A stretch of DNA of 32,000 nt from positions 67,283 through 99,282 of the forward strand of contig CAYRPF010000002.1 in NCBI GenBank assembly GCA_964426185.1, given 5' to 3'. Of this stretch, positions 7,793-17,213 are shown one piece after another; the first letter of the stretch is position 1, and each line of letters starts with the position of its first letter. Below the pieces are notes generated by a model. That model was given only the letters and a program-made list of their open reading frames with translations. It was not told the origin of the DNA and ran no database searches. The DNA is from an uncultured archaeon (GTDB taxonomy: Archaea; Asgardarchaeota; Lokiarchaeia; Sigyniarchaeales; Promethearchaeaceae). Both the position numbers and the translations under genes were made by a program.

Positions 7793-8629
7793 ATGCCAGT
7801 CAAAAAACATTTTGTTAATCGAGGACTTCAAAATACTTTAATTGAAGAATATTTAGCGTCTGAACTTGATAATTCAGGATATGCCGGATGTTCGCTTCAA
7901 AAAACACCCATGGGGACTCGAATTACGATAAGAACCTCTAGACCAGGAATTGTAATCGGACGACGAGGTGCTAAAGTCAAAGAATTGACCGATTCAGTCA
8001 AAGAAAAATTCGATATCAATGTTCCAACTATTGATGTCGAAACTGTGGAAAACCCTGAATTGAATGCTCAAATTCAAGCAGAACGTATTGCATATGCAAT
8101 TCAAAAAGGTCAAAATTATCGACGTGCCACCTACAGCATAATTCGACGCATCATGCGTTCTGGTGCACGGGGGATAGAAGTTCATATCAGTGGAAAAGTG
8201 ACTTCTCAACGTGCACGCCAACAAGTATTTCGTGCTGGAGTAATTTCTAAATGTGGATTTCCTGCTGAAGTAGGTGTTTCACGTGGTGTTTGTCATTTAA
8301 CCTTAAAATCAGGTGTCTTAGGAATTCGAGTGAAAATTATGCCGGAATCTTATCAACTTCCTGACGAAGTAAAAATTTTAGAAGGAATTTTTGATCGTGA
8401 AACTGAAGAAAAGAAACCCGATGAAGGTGTGGATCCTTTCTATCAAGATGAACTTCCTGAAGAGCCAGAAGAACCCGAAGATATTTTTGAGGATACCAGC
8501 GATGCGGAGGAAAAATCTGTAACTGTCAGCGAAGATATAGAAGTAGTTGATGAAGAAGAGGATTTAATTGACGATATTGTTGAAGAAGAGGACGAGATCC
8601 CAGATATCGATGTAGATCTTGATTTGTAA
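7793..8629 (+). CDS. rps3p: 30S ribosomal protein uS3, long acidic C-tail
   Basis: KTPMGTRITI, RPGIVIGRRG, GARGIEV, GVLGIRVKIMP; ATG 7793. Confidence 0.97.
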   Translation: MPVKKHFVNRGLQNTLIEEYLASELDNSGYAGCSLQKTPMGTRITIRTSRPGIVIGRRGAKVKELTDSVKEKFDINVPTIDVETVENPELNAQIQAERIAYAIQKGQNYRRATYSIIRRIMRSGARGIEVHISGKVTSQRARQQVFRAGVISKCGFPAEVGVSRGVCHLTLKSGVLGIRVKIMPESYQLPDEVKILEGIFDRETEEKKPDEGVDPFYQDELPEEPEEPEDIFEDTSDAEEKSVTVSEDIEVVDEEEDLIDDIVEEEDEIPDIDVDLDL

Positions 8630-8643
8630 AATAGGTGATTTTA

Positions 8644-8844
8644 ATGAAAGTAAAGATCAAAGATATTCGGAACATGAGTTCAATTGAACGTGAAAAGAAG
8701 CTTGAAAACCTTCGTAAAGAATTGTTTAAGGTTCGTAGTTCGAATGCAATGGGTGGAACGATGCAAGATCCATCGAAAATTCGAGAATTAAAACGCTCAA
8801 TTGCTAGAATACTGACTGTTATTAATGAAAAACATGAGAAATAA
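8644..8844 (+). CDS. rpl29p: 50S ribosomal protein uL29
   Basis: DIRNMS, KIRELKRSIARILTV; AGGTGA upstream of ATG 8644. Confidence 0.95.
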   Translation: MKVKIKDIRNMSSIEREKKLENLRKELFKVRSSNAMGGTMQDPSKIRELKRSIARILTVINEKHEK

Positions 8845-9148
8845 TCCTGAATGGTTTATCTATTTAGACATGATTGGTGTTGATTTGGATGCAAAACATA
8901 AAACAAACCCTACGTGGACAACCTTTAAACCCATTGGAAAGTGCGTGGATGAGACAAAATATACTCTCATTATGGAACAGCACCAGCACACCAAAATTTT
9001 TATCAAAAAAGAATATATCTTTCGGGTCTGGCTTCCCCAAGATGATAGTTCATCTATTCAACTGGAATTTGATGGCAGCAAGATTGTTGGACGACCAGAA
9101 CAACGAATTAAACTAATACGAAAAAAATTACATAAAAAATATCATTAA
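8825..9148 (+). CDS. rnp1: ribonuclease P protein subunit Rpp29 (component 1)
   Basis: DMIG, GKCVDETKYTL, DGSKIVGRPEQRIK; canonical position between L29 and S17; start may be 8834. Confidence 0.85.
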   Translation: MKNMRNNPEWFIYLDMIGVDLDAKHKTNPTWTTFKPIGKCVDETKYTLIMEQHQHTKIFIKKEYIFRVWLPQDDSSSIQLEFDGSKIVGRPEQRIKLIRKKLHKKYH

Positions 9149-9167
9149 AAAGTGGAGAGAATTAGAA

Positions 9168-9509
9168 TTGACAGAAACACACAATATCGGGATCCCAGAT
9201 ATCAAGGAACCCTCTCGTGTATGTGAAGATCCCCATTGCCCATTTCATGGTAATTTAAGTTTACGTGGAAGAATATTAATCGGGAATGTGGTATCAACGA
9301 AAATGCATGGCACAATTGTAATTCAGCGTGATTATAATTATTATGTGCCTAAATATCAGCGGTATGAACGACGACGTTCAAAAATTGCAGCCCATCTTCC
9401 CCCATGCATTGATGTTGAAGAAGGGGATTTGGTTCGCATTGCTCAATGCCGAAAAATTGCAAAAACCGTAGATTTCGTAGTTATTGAAAAAATAACCAAG
9501 GAGGAATAG
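9168..9509 (+). CDS. rps17p: 30S ribosomal protein uS17
   Basis: CEDPHCPFHGNLSLRGR, PKYQRYERR, AHLPPC; TTG start. Confidence 0.97.
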   Translation: MTETHNIGIPDIKEPSRVCEDPHCPFHGNLSLRGRILIGNVVSTKMHGTIVIQRDYNYYVPKYQRYERRRSKIAAHLPPCIDVEEGDLVRIAQCRKIAKTVDFVVIEKITKEE

Positions 9510-9513
9510 ACAA

Positions 9514-9942
9514 ATGGGTGGACGACGATCAGGACCAAAGACATCTTCTGTATTTAGAACAAAAATTACTCGTGGTATTTCCACTGAAACTGTCTTAAAG
9601 ATTACAGACAATAGCGGGGCAAAACTCGCAAAAGTTATTGCTGTAATTGGAAGAAAAACTCGCTTAAACCGATATCCAAATGCTTGTGTGGGGGATATGG
9701 TAATTGTGAGTATTAAAAAAGGTAATCCCGATCTTAGAAAAAAAGTTTTGAAAGCAGTAATTGTTCGTCAAAGACAAACAATTCACCGAGTTGATGGGAC
9801 CCGTATTCAATTTGAAGATAATGCTGCTGTTTTAGTAACAGATGATGGAGATCCAAAAGGAAGCTCAATTAGTGGACCAATTGCACGGGAATCCGCAGAC
9901 TTATGGCCACGTATCAGCAATGTTGCAAGTCTTATTATCTAA
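9514..9942 (+). CDS. rpl14p: 50S ribosomal protein uL14
   Basis: DNSGAK, AVIVRQR, FEDNAAV, GPIARE. Confidence 0.97.
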   Translation: MGGRRSGPKTSSVFRTKITRGISTETVLKITDNSGAKLAKVIAVIGRKTRLNRYPNACVGDMVIVSIKKGNPDLRKKVLKAVIVRQRQTIHRVDGTRIQFEDNAAVLVTDDGDPKGSSISGPIARESADLWPRISNVASLII

Positions 9943-9958
9943 AAGTAGGTAGAAAAAA

Positions 9959-10390
9959 ATGGTAAGAGTAAGAAGTAAAAAACCTTCAAAACAACGAAAC
10001 GCACTCCGAAATATAAAAAATCACCAAGTAAGCAAACTTTTTACCGTTGGCTTAGATGAAAATCTTCAAGCCGAATATGGTATAAAACGCTTGCCTGTAC
10101 GAAAGAATGATTCGGTCCGCATAATTTCAGGACAATTTGAAGGAATTGAAGGAAAAGTATTAGATATCTTTAAAAAATCACGTAAAGTTACGATTGAAGA
10201 AGCCACCCTCCAAAAAAGAGATAGCTCGAATTATTTTGTTCCTATTCCAATTTCAAAAATTGTGTTAACAAAGTTTGGAGAGAAAAAAATGGATCCATGG
10301 CGTGAAAAAATGATCGATCGTAAAGAAAAACTTGAAATCGCTGAGTCAATATCTCCGAAAAAAGCGAAATCCAAAAAAGGAGGTAAATAA
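9959..10390 (+). CDS. rpl24p: 50S ribosomal protein uL24
   Basis: SKKPSKQR, YGIKRLPVRKNDSVRIISGQFEG (KOW motif); operon position. Confidence 0.95.
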   Translation: MVRVRSKKPSKQRNALRNIKNHQVSKLFTVGLDENLQAEYGIKRLPVRKNDSVRIISGQFEGIEGKVLDIFKKSRKVTIEEATLQKRDSSNYFVPIPISKIVLTKFGEKKMDPWREKMIDRKEKLEIAESISPKKAKSKKGGK

Positions 10391-10392
10391 AT

Positions 10393-11154
10393 ATGGGTAG
10401 TAAAGGAAACAAACGATATTTGAAAAGATTGGCTTCACCAGGTTATTTACAAATCCAACGTAAAAATCGTAAAGCGGGAAAATTCTTCTTGAAGGCACGA
10501 CCTGGACCACATCCTTTAAGATTTAGTTTGCCATTAGGGCATATATTTCGTGATCTATTGAAACTTACTAATAATGTTAAAGAAACGAAATTTATCTTAA
10601 ACAAACGGCAAGTCTTTATTGATGGAGTTCCCCGTAATGATATTCGATATCCCGTAGGATTGATGGATGTAGTGGAGTTAAAGGAAATCAATAAAGCTTA
10701 TCGAGTTTTGCCTTCTCGACATCATGGCTTAATTTTAAGCGAAATTACGAAAGAAGAAGCGAAATTCAAATTATGCAAAATTATGAATATCACAACCATT
10801 CGAGGTGGACATTTACAATTTAATTTGCATGATGGTAGAAATATTCGTGTTGAAATCGATAATCCCAAAGAAAAGCCAGCTATCCCCTATAAAACTGGTG
10901 GTACTCTCAAAATTTCTCTTCCAGATCAACAAATATTAGATTATTTTCCCTTACAAGAAGGAAATCAATCTCTTATTTATCAAGGAAAAAACATCGGTAT
11001 TGCTGGGGAGATTAAAGAATTGACTAAACGATTCGGTGTTAATGCATCTTTGGCAATTATTTCCGGTGAAAATGGAGAAATTAGTACTTCATATGATTAT
11101 GTTTTTATCATCGGTGATAACAAACCTGCAATCGATTTACCTTTGGAGGAATGA
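10393..11154 (+). CDS. rps4e: 30S ribosomal protein eS4 (S4e)
   Basis: LKRLASP, RPGPH, YPVGLMDVV, KLCKI, QFNLHDGRNI. Confidence 0.97.
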   Translation: MGSKGNKRYLKRLASPGYLQIQRKNRKAGKFFLKARPGPHPLRFSLPLGHIFRDLLKLTNNVKETKFILNKRQVFIDGVPRNDIRYPVGLMDVVELKEINKAYRVLPSRHHGLILSEITKEEAKFKLCKIMNITTIRGGHLQFNLHDGRNIRVEIDNPKEKPAIPYKTGGTLKISLPDQQILDYFPLQEGNQSLIYQGKNIGIAGEIKELTKRFGVNASLAIISGENGEISTSYDYVFIIGDNKPAIDLPLEE

Positions 11155-11160
11155 TTCTAA

Positions 11161-11730
11161 ATGGCAAATACTGAAAAAGAATTTGAAGCAAAATGGAAAA
11201 ATCCGATGCAAAAACCTTTCATCAGTAAGGTAGTAGTAAACATTGGAATCGGAAGTGCTGGTGCTGATGAATTAAAGAAAGCACGTCGAGTTCTTATCGA
11301 TTTAACAGGTAGGAAACCATCAACCACCAAAGCAAAGAAAAACATCAAAGAATGGTCAATTCGAAAGAATCAAGCCATCGGTGCCCGAGTTACTTTGAGA
11401 AAGAAAGATGCTGAAGAATTTTTAAAGAAGGCATTAGTTATCTTTGATAATCGGATTTTGCGAAGTGCCTTTGATCAAAAAGGAAATTTCAGCTTTGGGG
11501 TAGATGAACATATAAAATTCCCCGGAATAAAATACGACCCTGATTTAGGTATTTTTGGGTTTAATGTCTCGTGCAAGGTTGAAAGACCAGGTCATCGGAT
11601 AAAATACCGAAAGAAAAATCGACGAAAAGTTGGTGAACATCATTATGTTTCAAAACTTGAAGCCATGTATTTCATGGAGAAATTCCTCAATGTTGAAATC
11701 GTAGATGTTATGGAGCAACGATTCTATTAA
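11161..11730 (+). CDS. rpl5p: 50S ribosomal protein uL5
   Basis: NPMQKP, KVVVNIGIG, IGARVTLR, GNFSFGVDEHI, YDPDLGIFG. Confidence 0.97.
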   Translation: MANTEKEFEAKWKNPMQKPFISKVVVNIGIGSAGADELKKARRVLIDLTGRKPSTTKAKKNIKEWSIRKNQAIGARVTLRKKDAEEFLKKALVIFDNRILRSAFDQKGNFSFGVDEHIKFPGIKYDPDLGIFGFNVSCKVERPGHRIKYRKKNRRKVGEHHYVSKLEAMYFMEKFLNVEIVDVMEQRFY

Positions 11731-11746
11731 AAAGAAGGTGTAAAAT

Positions 11747-11911
11747 ATGGCAGAAAAAAGAACATTCTCATTAACCAAAAAAGGAAAAGGAGCCAGGGAA
11801 TGCCGACGATGCGGAACACATCGAGGTTTAATTCGCAGATATGGATTGGATATATGTCGAAGATGTTTCCGTGAAGTTGCTCCAAAGATGGGATTTAAAA
11901 AATATTTTTAG
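11747..11911 (+). CDS. rps14p: 30S ribosomal protein uS14 (zinc-binding type), 54 aa
   Basis: Not in ORF track. Manual translation [54 protein letters not shown]; AGGTG upstream; lies between L5 and S8. Confidence 0.97.
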   Translation: MAEKRTFSLTKKGKGARECRRCGTHRGLIRRYGLDICRRCFREVAPKMGFKKYF

Positions 11912-11934
11912 AGGGATAAGGTGAAAAAGAAAAA

Positions 11935-12324
11935 ATGTTATTAGATCCTTTAGCAGATGCTTGCAGCATCATAAAAAATGCAGAAACTGTATGTAAAAGT
12001 ACTGTAGTAATTCGACCTCGATCTAAGATGATTGGCACAGTTCTGCGAATTTTACAGGCAAATGGATATATCGCAGAATATGAATCCATTAATGATGGTC
12101 GTGAAGGTAAATTCAAAGTTGAGTTATTGGGACGAATCAATAAAATTGGGGTTATCAAACCAAGAAAACCCATCAAAGCTCGAAATATTGAACAAGCTGA
12201 GAAGCAATATCTACCAGCAGTAAATTTTGGGATGTTATTAATTAGCACTAATCAAGGTGTTATATCCCATCAAGAAGCCAAAGAAAAGCATATTGGCGGT
12301 AGATTAATTGCTTATGTATATTAA
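11935..12324 (+). CDS. rps8p: 30S ribosomal protein uS8
   Basis: [36 protein letters not shown]. Confidence 0.97.
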   Translation: MLLDPLADACSIIKNAETVCKSTVVIRPRSKMIGTVLRILQANGYIAEYESINDGREGKFKVELLGRINKIGVIKPRKPIKARNIEQAEKQYLPAVNFGMLLISTNQGVISHQEAKEKHIGGRLIAYVY

Positions 12325-12344
12325 GCTTAATGGAATGATGTCAA

Positions 12345-12920
12345 ATGAAATATGTCGCAGTTGATGAAGAAGTAAAAATTCCTGAAGACGTTTCGGTTAA
12401 GGTTGAAGATAAAGTTATCACTTTAGAAGGTAAAAAAGGAAAAGTGATTAAAGACTTATCTCATATGAAGAAAATCGATATTAAATTACTCAATAAAACC
12501 ATTTATCTTCATATAGATTTTCCTCGTCAAAGTGAAATCGCTAAAATCTACACCGTAAAGAATATAATTGGTAATATGATAAAAGGTGTTCAGGAAGGGT
12601 ATGAATACCGAATGAAAATTGTATATAGTCATTTTCCCATTACAGTTGATCCTCCAAAAGGAAAATCGGATGAAATTTTAATTAAAAATTTCATTGGTGA
12701 ACGAGCACCTCGTGTGACAAAAAAGATTGGTGATGTTACAATTAAATCTAATAAAGAAGAAGTAATTGTTTCAGGACCAAATAAAGAGCACGTGGGTCAG
12801 ACTTGCGCCAATATTCAAAAACTGTGTAAAATCCGCGAAAAAGATAAGCGTATTTTCCAAGATGGGGTGTATGTCTATAAAAAACTCCTGGGTGATGAGG
12901 TACTCTGGGAGATTCGATAA
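12345..12920 (+). CDS. rpl6p: 50S ribosomal protein uL6
   Basis: NMIKGV, YSHFPITV, NFIGER, DKRIFQDGVYV. Confidence 0.97.
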   Translation: MKYVAVDEEVKIPEDVSVKVEDKVITLEGKKGKVIKDLSHMKKIDIKLLNKTIYLHIDFPRQSEIAKIYTVKNIIGNMIKGVQEGYEYRMKIVYSHFPITVDPPKGKSDEILIKNFIGERAPRVTKKIGDVTIKSNKEEVIVSGPNKEHVGQTCANIQKLCKIREKDKRIFQDGVYVYKKLLGDEVLWEIR

Positions 12921-12934
12921 AGGAGAGACTTATC

Positions 12935-13435
12935 ATGGCAGAAGATAAATCACGATTAATGCGAATACGAAAAGCGCAAAACAAAAAGCGACCCAGTTTT
13001 CGTCGGTTTGCCTCTTGGCGCTATAAAAAACTTGCAAAATCTGGATGGAGAAAGCAGCGAGGAATTGATAATAAAACCCGTCGTAAAACGAAAACGGGAG
13101 TGAAATCACCAGAACCTGGCTATAGAGGTCCTAAAGCTGTTCGAGGACTACATCCTTCTGGATATGAAGACGTTCGTGTGACCCAAATTAAAGAACTCGA
13201 TGAATTAGACCCAAAAATTCATGCAATTAGGATTAATTCTCGATTAGGGGCTAAAAAGCGAATAGATCTTATAGAATATGCTCAAGAAAAAGGATTTCGT
13301 ATCTTAAATCTCGGTATTTCAAAAGAAGAACTCATGGAATTCGAAGAATTAGACGAAACTGAGGAAGAAGAAACCGAAGAAGAAGAAACCGAAGTGTCTG
13401 AAGATGATACTGAAGAGGAAGAAGAATCCAAATAA
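12935..13435 (+). CDS. rpl32e: 50S ribosomal protein eL32, acidic C-terminal extension
   Basis: KRPSFRR, WRKQRGIDNKTRR, GYRGPKAVRGLHPSG. Confidence 0.96.
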   Translation: MAEDKSRLMRIRKAQNKKRPSFRRFASWRYKKLAKSGWRKQRGIDNKTRRKTKTGVKSPEPGYRGPKAVRGLHPSGYEDVRVTQIKELDELDPKIHAIRINSRLGAKKRIDLIEYAQEKGFRILNLGISKEELMEFEELDETEEEETEEEETEVSEDDTEEEEESK

Positions 13436-13446
13436 AGGTGTCTATC

Positions 13447-13896
13447 ATGAATGTTAATGCTCAAAAACGATTAGCTGCTGAAATACTTAAATGTGGTATT
13501 CATCGAGTCTATATTCATCCTGAATATATTGAAGATGTATTAATGGCTATTACTCGAGAAGATGTAAAAAATTTGATTAAAAACAAAATTATTACCAAGC
13601 GATCCAAAATAGGAATTTCTCGCTATCGGGCTAAGTTAAATAAAGAAAAGAAGCAAAAAGGCCGTTCTCGAGGACTTGGAAGCCGTAAAGGAAATAAGAC
13701 AGCGCGTTCTCCCAAAAAGCGAAATTGGATTAATCGAATTCGACCATTAAGACGGGAGCTTAAAAAATTACGCGATACAGAGCAGATTGAAGTTTCCACT
13801 TATCGCACCCTCTATCTTAAAGCTAAAGGAGGGGCTTTTAATTCTGTGGCGACTTTACATCGCTATATTGACGAACATAAAATGTGGAGAAGTTAA
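13447..13896 (+). CDS. rpl19e: 50S ribosomal protein eL19
   Basis: QKRLAAEILKCG, AITREDV, GRSRGLGSRKG, LYLKAKGGAF; ATG 13447. Confidence 0.97.
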   Translation: MNVNAQKRLAAEILKCGIHRVYIHPEYIEDVLMAITREDVKNLIKNKIITKRSKIGISRYRAKLNKEKKQKGRSRGLGSRKGNKTARSPKKRNWINRIRPLRRELKKLRDTEQIEVSTYRTLYLKAKGGAFNSVATLHRYIDEHKMWRS

Positions 13897-13911
13897 AGAT
13901 AGGTGAAAAAA

Positions 13912-14502
13912 ATGGCGAAAGGACCAAAATATAGAGTTCCCTTCCGTCGAAGACGAGAAGGAAAAACTAATTATCATCGTAGATTAAAACTGATTCAATC
14001 ACGTAGAAACCGGTTAGTTGTTCGATGTTCGAATAAACATACTATTGTTCAAGTAGTTGAATCAAAAATAGAAGGAGACCGCATTTTAACTCATGCTCAT
14101 ACTCAACATCTAGTCAAGTTATTTAATTGGAAACATAATACTGGAAATTTACCTTCTGCTTATTTAACTGGTTATCTTTGTGGTTTACAAGCTAAAAAAG
14201 CTGGTATATCCGATGCAATTGTTGATGTTGGAATCTTAGTGCATGATAATCGTGTAAAAGCTGCAGTAAAGGGCATTCTAGATGCGGGAATAGAGGTTCC
14301 TGTAGGAGAAGATTGGTTTTTCACTGGAATTGAAGATAGAATTAAAGGATTGCACATTGCAGAATATGCTAAGTTGTTGAAGAAGGAAAATTCATCTGAA
14401 TACAAGAAGAAGTTTTCAGCTGTTTTGAAGAATAAGGGCGATCCTACCAAAATCGATTCTGATTTTGAAAAAACTATGAAAGAAATGGAAAGTAAGGTGT
14501 AA
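13912..14502 (+). CDS. rpl18p: 50S ribosomal protein uL18
   Basis: GPKYRVPFRRRREGKTNY, NLPSAYLTG; ATG 13912. Confidence 0.97.
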   Translation: MAKGPKYRVPFRRRREGKTNYHRRLKLIQSRRNRLVVRCSNKHTIVQVVESKIEGDRILTHAHTQHLVKLFNWKHNTGNLPSAYLTGYLCGLQAKKAGISDAIVDVGILVHDNRVKAAVKGILDAGIEVPVGEDWFFTGIEDRIKGLHIAEYAKLLKKENSSEYKKKFSAVLKNKGDPTKIDSDFEKTMKEMESKV

Positions 14503-14506
14503 AAAA

Positions 14507-15205
14507 ATGTCAGAAAATGAATCTCGTAAAAGAAATCAATCACAACGACGAGGCTCTCGACGTTCAAGACGTCCAGTTCAACGTCGAAATCCTTTAGATG
14601 ATTGGGAACCTTTAACCCGATTAGGTATGATGGTTAAAGCAGGTCAAATTACTTCCATTGAAGAAATTCTTCGTAATAATTATGTCATTAAAGAAAAGGA
14701 AATAATTGAAACATTAATTCCAAACTTAAAAGAAGAAGTTATTGACATAAAAATGGTGCAAAAACAAACCGATGCAGGAGAACAATCTCGTTTTAAATGT
14801 TCTGTAGTTGTTGGAAATGAAGATGGTTTTGTGGGTTTGTTTTCTGCTAAAAATAAGGAAGTTGGGCCTGGAATCCGAAAAGCAATTACTAAAGCAAAAT
14901 TGGGAATTATTCCCGTAAAACGTGGCTGTGGTAGTTGGGAATGCAATTGTGGTGGTAATCACTCTATTCCATTTGAAACCTCTGGAAAAATGGGAAGTGT
15001 GAGAGTCACACTGAAACCAGCTCCAAAAGGAACGGGATTAGCTTGTTCAGATACTGCTAAATTAGTATTACGCTTGGCAGGTATCACCGATATCTGGACA
15101 GTAACTAAAGGAAATACTAAATCCCGCACAAATATGGCAAAAGCCGTCTTTAATGCATTGGAAAATATGTATAAAGTTATGACGGTTAAAGAGTGGGGGG
15201 CTTAA
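14507..15205 (+). CDS. rps5p: 30S ribosomal protein uS5
   Basis: WEPLTRLG, VQKQTDAG, RGCGSWECNCG..HS, PAPKGTGL. Confidence 0.97.
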   Translation: MSENESRKRNQSQRRGSRRSRRPVQRRNPLDDWEPLTRLGMMVKAGQITSIEEILRNNYVIKEKEIIETLIPNLKEEVIDIKMVQKQTDAGEQSRFKCSVVVGNEDGFVGLFSAKNKEVGPGIRKAITKAKLGIIPVKRGCGSWECNCGGNHSIPFETSGKMGSVRVTLKPAPKGTGLACSDTAKLVLRLAGITDIWTVTKGNTKSRTNMAKAVFNALENMYKVMTVKEWGA

Positions 15206-15234
15206 CCTAATCTCCTCGAAAATAGGTGAATAAG

Positions 15235-15777
15235 ATGTCAAGTAACGCAAATACTCCTACAAAAACAACAAAGTCAATTTCCTCGAAAAAATCAAAGATT
15301 CTTGAAGAAGAAACCTACTGTATCATTCGAATCAGAGGCGCCCATGGAATGAATCGAAAGATTTTACATACCTTACATCTTTTGAATTTACATCGGGTAA
15401 ACAGCGCTACATTAGTTAAAACAACGCCCTCTGTTCGTGGTATGATTCAAAAAATCAAAGATTATGTAGCTTACGGGCCTATTTCTTCAGATATGATTAA
15501 AAAGTTACTCGAGAAACGTGCTTTGCTCGAAGGAAACAAACCTTTAACTGATCATTACGTGCGAACAAATACCGTATATAAATCCATTTCAGATCTCGCA
15601 AATGCGATTCACAAAGGAAAAATTACTTTGAAAGAAATTAATGGATTAAAACCAATCTTCCGATTACATCCTCCTATTGGCGGATATCCTGGTTCAATTA
15701 AAAAACCAGTTGGCGCTGGTGGAAGTTTAGGAAAAGTTGGAGATAAAATTAATCTCTATCTGCGGAAAATGATCTAA
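15235..15777 (+). CDS. rpl30p: 50S ribosomal protein uL30
   Basis: IIRIRG, GMIQKIKDYVAYG, FRLHPPIGG; ATG 15235. Confidence 0.96.
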   Translation: MSSNANTPTKTTKSISSKKSKILEEETYCIIRIRGAHGMNRKILHTLHLLNLHRVNSATLVKTTPSVRGMIQKIKDYVAYGPISSDMIKKLLEKRALLEGNKPLTDHYVRTNTVYKSISDLANAIHKGKITLKEINGLKPIFRLHPPIGGYPGSIKKPVGAGGSLGKVGDKINLYLRKMI

Positions 15778-15799
15778 TCACAAAAAGGTGAAAACAAGA

Positions 15800-16297
15800 A
15801 TGCCAACAAAATTTCAAAGAAAAAGTCGGAAACAACATGGTAATCGAACTCGAGGTTATGGAACCATTGGTGCTCATCGAGCTAAAGGTCAACGTGGTGG
15901 AACTGGATTAACTACTGGTAAATTCAAGCATAAATGGTCTTATTATTTAAAGATGAAGAAACTAGGTTTTCCTGGCCCTGATGGTGAAAAGTGGAAAATT
16001 GGAAAACGTGGTTTTAAACAACCTCCTCAAGTTCAACGTTTACATCAAGTGAAAGCAATTAACTTGAAAGATGTGGAGGAAAAATTACCACAATGGGTAG
16101 AAGCGGGTAAAGTTGAGAAGAAAGGAGATAAATATATCATAGATTTACACGCTTTAAATTACAATAAATTACTCGGAAAGGGAAAGGTTACTAAAAATCT
16201 TGAAATTTCTGTTGCACGTGCATCGGAATCTGCCATTGCAAAGATGAAAGAAGCCAATGCTGTGTTAAAATTAACTGCGGAAGCGGATAAAAACTAA
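15800..16297 (+). CDS. rpl15p: 50S ribosomal protein uL15
   Basis: RKSRKQHGNRTRGYG, GQRGGTG, YNKLLGKG, ASESAIAK; ATG 15800. Confidence 0.96.
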   Translation: MPTKFQRKSRKQHGNRTRGYGTIGAHRAKGQRGGTGLTTGKFKHKWSYYLKMKKLGFPGPDGEKWKIGKRGFKQPPQVQRLHQVKAINLKDVEEKLPQWVEAGKVEKKGDKYIIDLHALNYNKLLGKGKVTKNLEISVARASESAIAKMKEANAVLKLTAEADKN

Positions 16298-16340
16298 TAT
16301 TTCCGTTTACGCTTTTTTTATCTAATCTTTTTGCTTGTTT
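16298..16340 (+). terminator. T-rich putative archaeal terminator at end of operon
   Basis: T7 and T5 tracts just after the L15 stop, facing the convergent TPR gene. Confidence 0.45.
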
Positions 16341-16364
16341 AAAAATGAAATTTGAAAAAAGAGG

Positions 16365-17045
16365 TTATTTTTGATTAGCGATTTCCTCTTCAAGATGTTT
16401 TAGCATTTCTTTTGCTTCTTCATCTTTAGGTGCCATTTCTAAATATTTTTCTACATGGGCTTTGGCTTCTTTAAAATTCTCTTTCATTGTTTCGGCTCCA
16501 GCCATTACAAGATAAATACTACCATAAGAAGGATCTAATTTAAGAATATTTTTGGCAATTTCTAAACTTTTATCGGGATTGTTCATTCCGAGATGAACTT
16601 GGGCAATCCGATGAAGTGTTTCTACTTCAGTTTCAGAACCTGAAAATTGAATGGCTTTATAATATGATTTTAAAGCTTCCTCAAATCGTTCTAATTCGAG
16701 TAGTGTTTCTCCTATTTCGAAATGGATTAGTGCATTATCGGGAGAAACTTCTAATCCTTTGCGGAAATATTCTATGGCTTTCTCTGGTTGATCTTGCAAA
16801 TTATAAACAAATCCTAATCCCGCATATCCACTTGCAGAATCGGGAACTAATTCGATAGTTTTTTCATAATACTTAATGGATTCAGAAAATTTACCTAAGT
16901 TTGCTGTAATATAACCTGCATCCAATAATAGACCCGGATTTTCAGGCTCTTTTTCTAGTAATGGTATTGTTTTTTTTAGAGCTTGTTCAAATTTCCCGAA
17001 GGAAATTAACTCTAAAACTTTTTGATATTCATTTTCATCTGGCAT
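16365..17045 (-). CDS. tetratricopeptide repeat protein
   Basis: About 6 repeats of ~34 aa with (L)G..Y...G...EA...Y..A.E..P consensus. Confidence 0.9.
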   Translation of the reverse strand: MPDENEYQKVLELISFGKFEQALKKTIPLLEKEPENPGLLLDAGYITANLGKFSESIKYYEKTIELVPDSASGYAGLGFVYNLQDQPEKAIEYFRKGLEVSPDNALIHFEIGETLLELERFEEALKSYYKAIQFSGSETEVETLHRIAQVHLGMNNPDKSLEIAKNILKLDPSYGSIYLVMAGAETMKENFKEAKAHVEKYLEMAPKDEEAKEMLKHLEEEIANQK

Positions 17046-17048
17046 AGT

Positions 17049-17083
17049 TATTGAAAAAGTTATGCTATTGAAAAAAGTTATGC
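17049..17083. repeat. short tandem duplication TATTGA(5-6)GTTATGC x2
   Basis: 17049-17065 and 17066-17083, differing by one A. Confidence 0.8.
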
Positions 17084-17213
17084 TTTTTAAAACACAATGT
17101 AATATCTAAAATTTCATGAATTTTAAGGAAAAATCGAACAATTTCTTTAAGATAATAACGAATCAAAATCATCTTCGGAAAAATAAAATGGGATATTTAT
17201 TATATTATCAATT

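Noticed and set aside
7994-15250. Antisense/alternate-frame ORFs inside ribosomal protein genes (e.g. 7994-8224, 10443-10691, 11895-12248, 14172-14567)
   Set aside because: Shadow ORFs of well-identified genes with no motifs
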